From assembly GCA_043228905.1 (NCBI GenBank), contig JBHGNT010000020.1:4092001-4156000 (forward strand): a stretch of 64,000 nt of DNA. Direction: 5' to 3'. The DNA is from Azolla caroliniana (taxonomy: Eukaryota; Plantae; Polypodiophyta). Made by a program: the position numbers and the translations under genes. The notes under the pieces were generated by a model that did not search any database, was not told where the DNA came from, and worked only from the letters and a program-made list of their open reading frames with translations. Shown one piece after another: positions 60,801 to 64,000 of the stretch (positions are counted from its first letter, which is position 1; every line of letters starts with the position of its first letter).

Positions 60801-63099
60801 AGTGACGAAGTAAGAGGCACCGCCGAGAGACTGATGCGGCATTGGGCCACAGACGTCCGAGTGGACCAAATCGAGAGGTCTCGTTTCTCTTGGTGCTGAT
60901 GTCGGGTGTGATGCGGCTGCTTGTTTGCCATACTGGCAATGCTCGCAGAATTGATGGTCGGAGAAGGAGAGTTTAGGGATGTATCCGGCTCTAGATAGAT
61001 GCGTAATGCCGGCCTTGCTGAGGTGTCCTAATCTTCTGTGCCATAGTGATGACACAGGAATATCCACCAAAAACAGGTTACCCTCTCTGAGCGTAACATG
61101 TAACGGATACAGTGAGTGTATCTTGGGTCCTCTAGCAAGCAGGAGGTTCCCCCTGTGGAGTGTCCACCCTCCCGAGGAAAAGCCGGCACAAATGCCGTCT
61201 TCATCTAGTTGTCCGACTGAGATCAATGGCCTTGAGAGCTCGGGTACATGTCGGACATTGTGGAGTACAAGTGTAGAGCCACCTGCAAGGTTGAGCTCTA
61301 CTGTGCCGATTCCGATGATGTCACAGTGTTGTGAGTTGCCGACTCGAACTGAGTCGGAGTGACGGATCGTATATTGCCGAAATTGGGATCGATGAGGAGT
61401 CACGTGAAATGACGCGCCCGAATCTAAGAGCCATGTGCTCGACTCTTCAGTCGTGAGTAGGACTTCTGATCCGACTGGATTTTCGATTGATAGTATATTC
61501 GGGTCGTCTGGTAGCACATCAGCTGAGAAGCTGACGTAATTGATCTCCTCATGCCGGCCACTCTTCTTGTTGTTCTTGTTCTTGAGTGCGCGGCAGTCGG
61601 CTTTGATGTGTCCGGGTTTCTTGCAATAGTTGCAGATTCGGTTATCCCGTGACTGGCTCCGTCTTCGCTGATTGTTCGGCGGTCGTGAGGAATCTCTTCC
61701 TCGTATGTTCGATCGGTCTGTCGAACCTTGTACTACATAAGCGTCGTCTGTTGAGTCTTTGGCGAAAGACTTTCTCCGAGCTGCTTCGGTCAGGATTGCG
61801 CTCGTGACTTCGGAGTATTTAACAGCCGTGGTTGACGCGTTGCACACGGTTGTGACGAAAGTTTCCCAAGATGAGGGAAGGCTACTCATGAGTATCATTG
61901 CTCTGAGTTCATCCTCGATTGCCGTCCCCTGTGACGAGATTTGGGAGCTTATGCTTTCGTACTCATTGAGGTGTGCTTGAACCGAGTCGGATTCTTTCAT
62001 CCGCAAGTTGTAGAGGTGCCGGATCAGAAACATCTTTGTTGCGGCGACCTTCTTTTCGTAAGTGTCCGACAGTGTTTTCCACAGTTCGAATGCTGTCGTA
62101 CACGATTGCACCGTAAAGTATACCGATTCCGATAGGTGCATCCGAATCGTGGCGCGGACGATTCTGTCCAGCTTCTGCCACTCAATTGGTTTGTATCCTT
62201 CTGGAGGTTCTTCATTTTCGATGGGATCGATTTGCCCCTTGACTATGAGATAGTCCTGCATTTGTCCCTTCCAGAAGTTGAAGTTCGATCCATCGAACTT
62301 TCGTAGACTCATTTCTGACGAGCCGGATGTTGATGCCATCAAATTTGGTTTCGGTTGACGAAGCTCGGTTCGGAGTTGACTACGAGCCTTGTTGGAGTGC
62401 AGCCGGTTGGCTCACCCGATATCGCTCTAGTCGGATTTGAACCCGAGTCGGTTCGGCTTCGGAACTTGCTCGAATTGACTCCGGTAGCTTGAGGGACAGA
62501 ACCGACTGGTCTTCCCGAATGTTGCCGAGTCGGAGTAAGCCCAGTTCGCTTCGGATATATATGCCGAATACCGATTATTGAAACCGATTATCTGGACCGA
62601 TTCTGCTTCGGTTGACTGCAGCAACGAGAGAGACGGATCCAACTGATCCTCCCGAATGTCGATCAGCCAGATGAAGCACGAATTTGGGGTTGTTGTCTTG
62701 AGACCGATCTGCACCGAGTGGTTACAATGAGCGGCGTTTGATTACCTCTTCGGATGCCGTTTAACCGGGTGGAGCACGATCGTGTCAATGTTGCACAAGG
62801 GGATTTCACCTCGAGCGGTTACGATCACAAGAGACAGAGTACAACCTGCTGGCTTACTCCAAGCGAAGATGATCTAACGCGATGAGATGCAAGCCTCGTT
62901 TCTCTTCTTCTTCTCTCTTCTTCGAATGACGCAGGAAACCGAATGCTGTGCAGACTGAGACGACGGCCGACAGCAGATTGAAGGACCGACTACTGTGCAG
63001 GCTCTGATACCAGATGTTGGAGACGAGGTCGTCAATGCGGAAGATCAAGAAGCATTCGATTGGTGTTCAGTACCTGCGTATGACAGTTTCTAGGTCGTT

Positions 63100-63135
<36 letters not shown>

Positions 63136-63303
63136 AAAAGAACTTTCTATTCCACAAAGCAATAATACAACACCCAACCTTACAAAAAGGTTACAAGGTC
63201 ACTATATATAGTGACCGACTTAGGGCAACTACCCTTTATGCTAATTACACAAATGGCCCAAAGGGATAGTGTGAACACGTCCATTATACACTTGTATTCG
63301 ACA
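57852..63303 (-). mobile_element. Intact, very young Ty1/Copia retrotransposon
   Basis: Perfect 5-bp TSD cctac. LTRs 57852-58132 and 63015-63303 differ by one substitution and microsatellite length. PBS TGGTATCAGAGC at 63001-63012; PPT tgggggag at 58133-58140; one uninterrupted ORF. Confidence 0.97.
58326..62339 (-). CDS. Copia Gag-Pol polyprotein (gag, zinc knuckle, protease, integrase, RT, RNase H), 1337 aa from the first ATG
   Basis: CNYCKKPGHIKADC; WLLDSGASFH; LWHRRLGH..CEHC; HSDVCGP/TDNGGEF/GIAER; YVDDML; YTDSDFAG/TEAEY/NVADGMTK. No stop or frameshift. Confidence 0.96.
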   Translation of the reverse strand: MASTSGSSEMSLRKFDGSNFNFWKGQMQDYLIVKGQIDPIENEEPPEGYKPIEWQKLDRIVRATIRMHLSESVYFTVQSCTTAFELWKTLSDTYEKKVAATKMFLIRHLYNLRMKESDSVQAHLNEYESISSQISSQGTAIEDELRAMILMSSLPSSWETFVTTVCNASTTAVKYSEVTSAILTEAARRKSFAKDSTDDAYVVQGSTDRSNIRGRDSSRPPNNQRRRSQSRDNRICNYCKKPGHIKADCRALKNKNNKKSGRHEEINYVSFSADVLPDDPNILSIENPVGSEVLLTTEESSTWLLDSGASFHVTPHRSQFRQYTIRHSDSVRVGNSQHCDIIGIGTVELNLAGGSTLVLHNVRHVPELSRPLISVGQLDEDGICAGFSSGGWTLHRGNLLLARGPKIHSLYPLHVTLREGNLFLVDIPVSSLWHRRLGHLSKAGITHLSRAGYIPKLSFSDHQFCEHCQYGKQAAASHPTSAPRETRPLDLVHSDVCGPMPHQSLGGASYFVTFIDDSTRKVWAYPIRTKDRVFSIFSDWLAMVENQTDRKLKCFRTDNGGEFKSDDFVKFCRQRGIRREFTAPHSPEQNGIAERMNRTIQERIVSMLQHSGLSDGFWAEALLTAVHIINMSPSRPLGLQIPQELWIGSKPNYDKLRIFGCEAYALIPKDDRRKLAPRSRKCIFLGYGSDGEMGYRLWDPERRQIVRSSDVVFNESAMNPSVEKPVEVRRVTFSDVPTLQEGPALNTRSASRVAEPYTTDSDNSDSAQQNSPLSDHPTSIPDATSSIIPRRSERLSQPPERYSPGIFFTDAGEPTSYEEASTSVDSATWHLAMESEMHSIWANKTWDLVELPRNRRALPCKWVYRLKETSDSTTPKYKARLVAKGFRQEYGVDFDEIFSPVVKMTTLRFLLGVVAADNLELIQLDVKTTFLHGDLEEEIYMEQPKGFVATGQEHLVCRLRKSLYGLKQAPRQWYKKFDDFIQSIGFSKSDEDHCLFTNTAQDGSPIFLIIYVDDMLISGRHAGELADLIRQLRLKFAMKDLGPARHILGMKISRHRDKRHLFLSQTDYIRRVLERFNMQSAKSASTSLPMNLRISQRDCPTSGPEGEDMKSVPYAPAVGSLMYLMVATRPDISHAVGVVSRFMHNPGRSHWNAVKHVFRYLAGTKDHGILFGPNRTSGVVGYTDSDFAGCIDSRKSTTGYCFKFGNGAISWKSKLQECTATSTTEAEYVAASDAAKEALWLGRLAHTFRQVDHDSAPVVYSDSQGVVALSKNPVHHNASKHIDVRYHFVRDCVISGKIGLEKISTIDNVADGMTKCLSADRFRFLRHQMGVTTNQSG

Positions 63304-63690
63304 CCTACCCATTCCATGAAGTCCCGTTTCGAGAGCCGAAGCACGTCATCAAGCCCGTATTTTTCGAGGAGCCGACCTTCAAACTCTTCCCAGGTCTGGC
63401 TCTCAGCCCGTACCTCGAGCACCTATGCATGGATGCCCGGATTCGCCACCCGAGAGAATCTGGTCAGTCGCCTTTCTTCCGGAATGTCTCTCATTACCAT
63501 CTCGGCCCGGTAGGCCTCCAAATAGCTCGTGGCGTCTTTCCCACCGAACCGGCCTATCGTGCCGACGACCGCTTCAATAGCCCTATCGAGGGCGCCTGCG
63601 CCTTCACGCGCACTCACTATCCGATCCACAACCGAAGCCATGGCTTCCACAAGGTCCAACCCCTTCATCTTTCTATTCCTTTGCCGCCTG

Positions 63691-63708
63691 TTCACGTCGG
63701 GTTCACCA
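63691..63708 (-). promoter_or_regulatory. Primer-binding site complementary to tRNA-Trp
   Basis: Plus strand reads TTCACGTCGGGTTCACCA, which I recognise as the 3' 18 nt of plant cytosolic tRNA-Trp; 4 nt from the LTR. Confidence 0.88.
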
Positions 63709-63712
63709 AATA

Positions 63713-64000
63713 TGTCGTGTTGTTACGCGCGTGCGTGGAGAACGAGGCAGGACCACCGAGGTCTTGGACAGAGAAATAGCCGAGAAGGAGGAGAACGGAA
63801 AGGCAACGGACGCACTTGCACACACACAGACACGGGAGCACACATGAATCACAGTCCAACAACACAGCAAACGAGACGACTAGAAGTCCGAGTATATGAA
63901 CACGTATGTATATATATATATATATATATATCGAGACGGTTACAACTAACAGGCCGGCAAGGCGAGCACCGACGTCTGTTCACTCACACAGAGAAGAGCG
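63713..64000 (-). repeat. 5' LTR (partial) of the fungal-type Gypsy
   Basis: Direct repeat of 51869-52155, with a (TA)n tract. Confidence 0.93.

Larger units (their letters stand above)
51869..64000 (-). mobile_element. Non-chromovirus Ty3/Gypsy with fungal-type (Ylt1/Phygy-like) pol motifs; 5' LTR runs off the window
   Basis: 3' LTR 51869-52525; PPT ggttaggtgggggcgga; 5' LTR from 63713; tRNA-Trp PBS 63691-63708. gag 63695-63309 plus 57846-57000; PR VDHG; RT YSNRWFTVPKK, LPQG.TNSV, FLDD; RH; IN; no chromodomain. Confidence 0.93.

Noticed and set aside
63691-63708. tRNA-Trp gene
   Set aside because: Only the 3' 18 nt including CCA, next to an LTR. This is a PBS.

Overview
Eukaryotic plant nuclear DNA, not prokaryotic. 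The retroelement types and microsatellite style suggest a fern or other seed-free plant, which is inference only. Most of the window is a nest of Ty1/Copia and Ty3/Gypsy LTR retrotransposons, mostly on the minus strand and mostly decayed. They surround one intact, intronless host gene, a 1014-aa LRR receptor kinase of the phytosulfokine-receptor (PSKR/PSY1R) type at 35041-38085. Boundaries read from TG..CA ends, PBS, PPT and TSD: (i) a Copia element at 1-5801 with a Gypsy solo LTR in its gag; (ii) two more decayed members of that family; (iii) a Tork-like Copia at 20681-31552 with a chromodomain Gypsy (Tcn1-like, 25122-30879) nested in gag; (iv) a second chromovirus at 46341-~51200; (v) a fungal-type non-chromovirus Gypsy from 51869 to beyond 64000, carrying (vi) a very young, intact Copia at 57852-63303. 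There is also a hAT-like MITE. The most notable signals are two. The Tcn1-like element has a self-priming (tRNA-independent) PBS, a perfect heat-shock-element array and an antisense tRNA-like A/B-box module in its LTR. The fungal-type Gypsy has a tRNA-Trp PBS and a G GAT TTT plus hairpin -1 frameshift signal placed after the protease. No rRNA, genuine tRNA gene or CRISPR array was found. Clade names come from motif recognition, not database searches.
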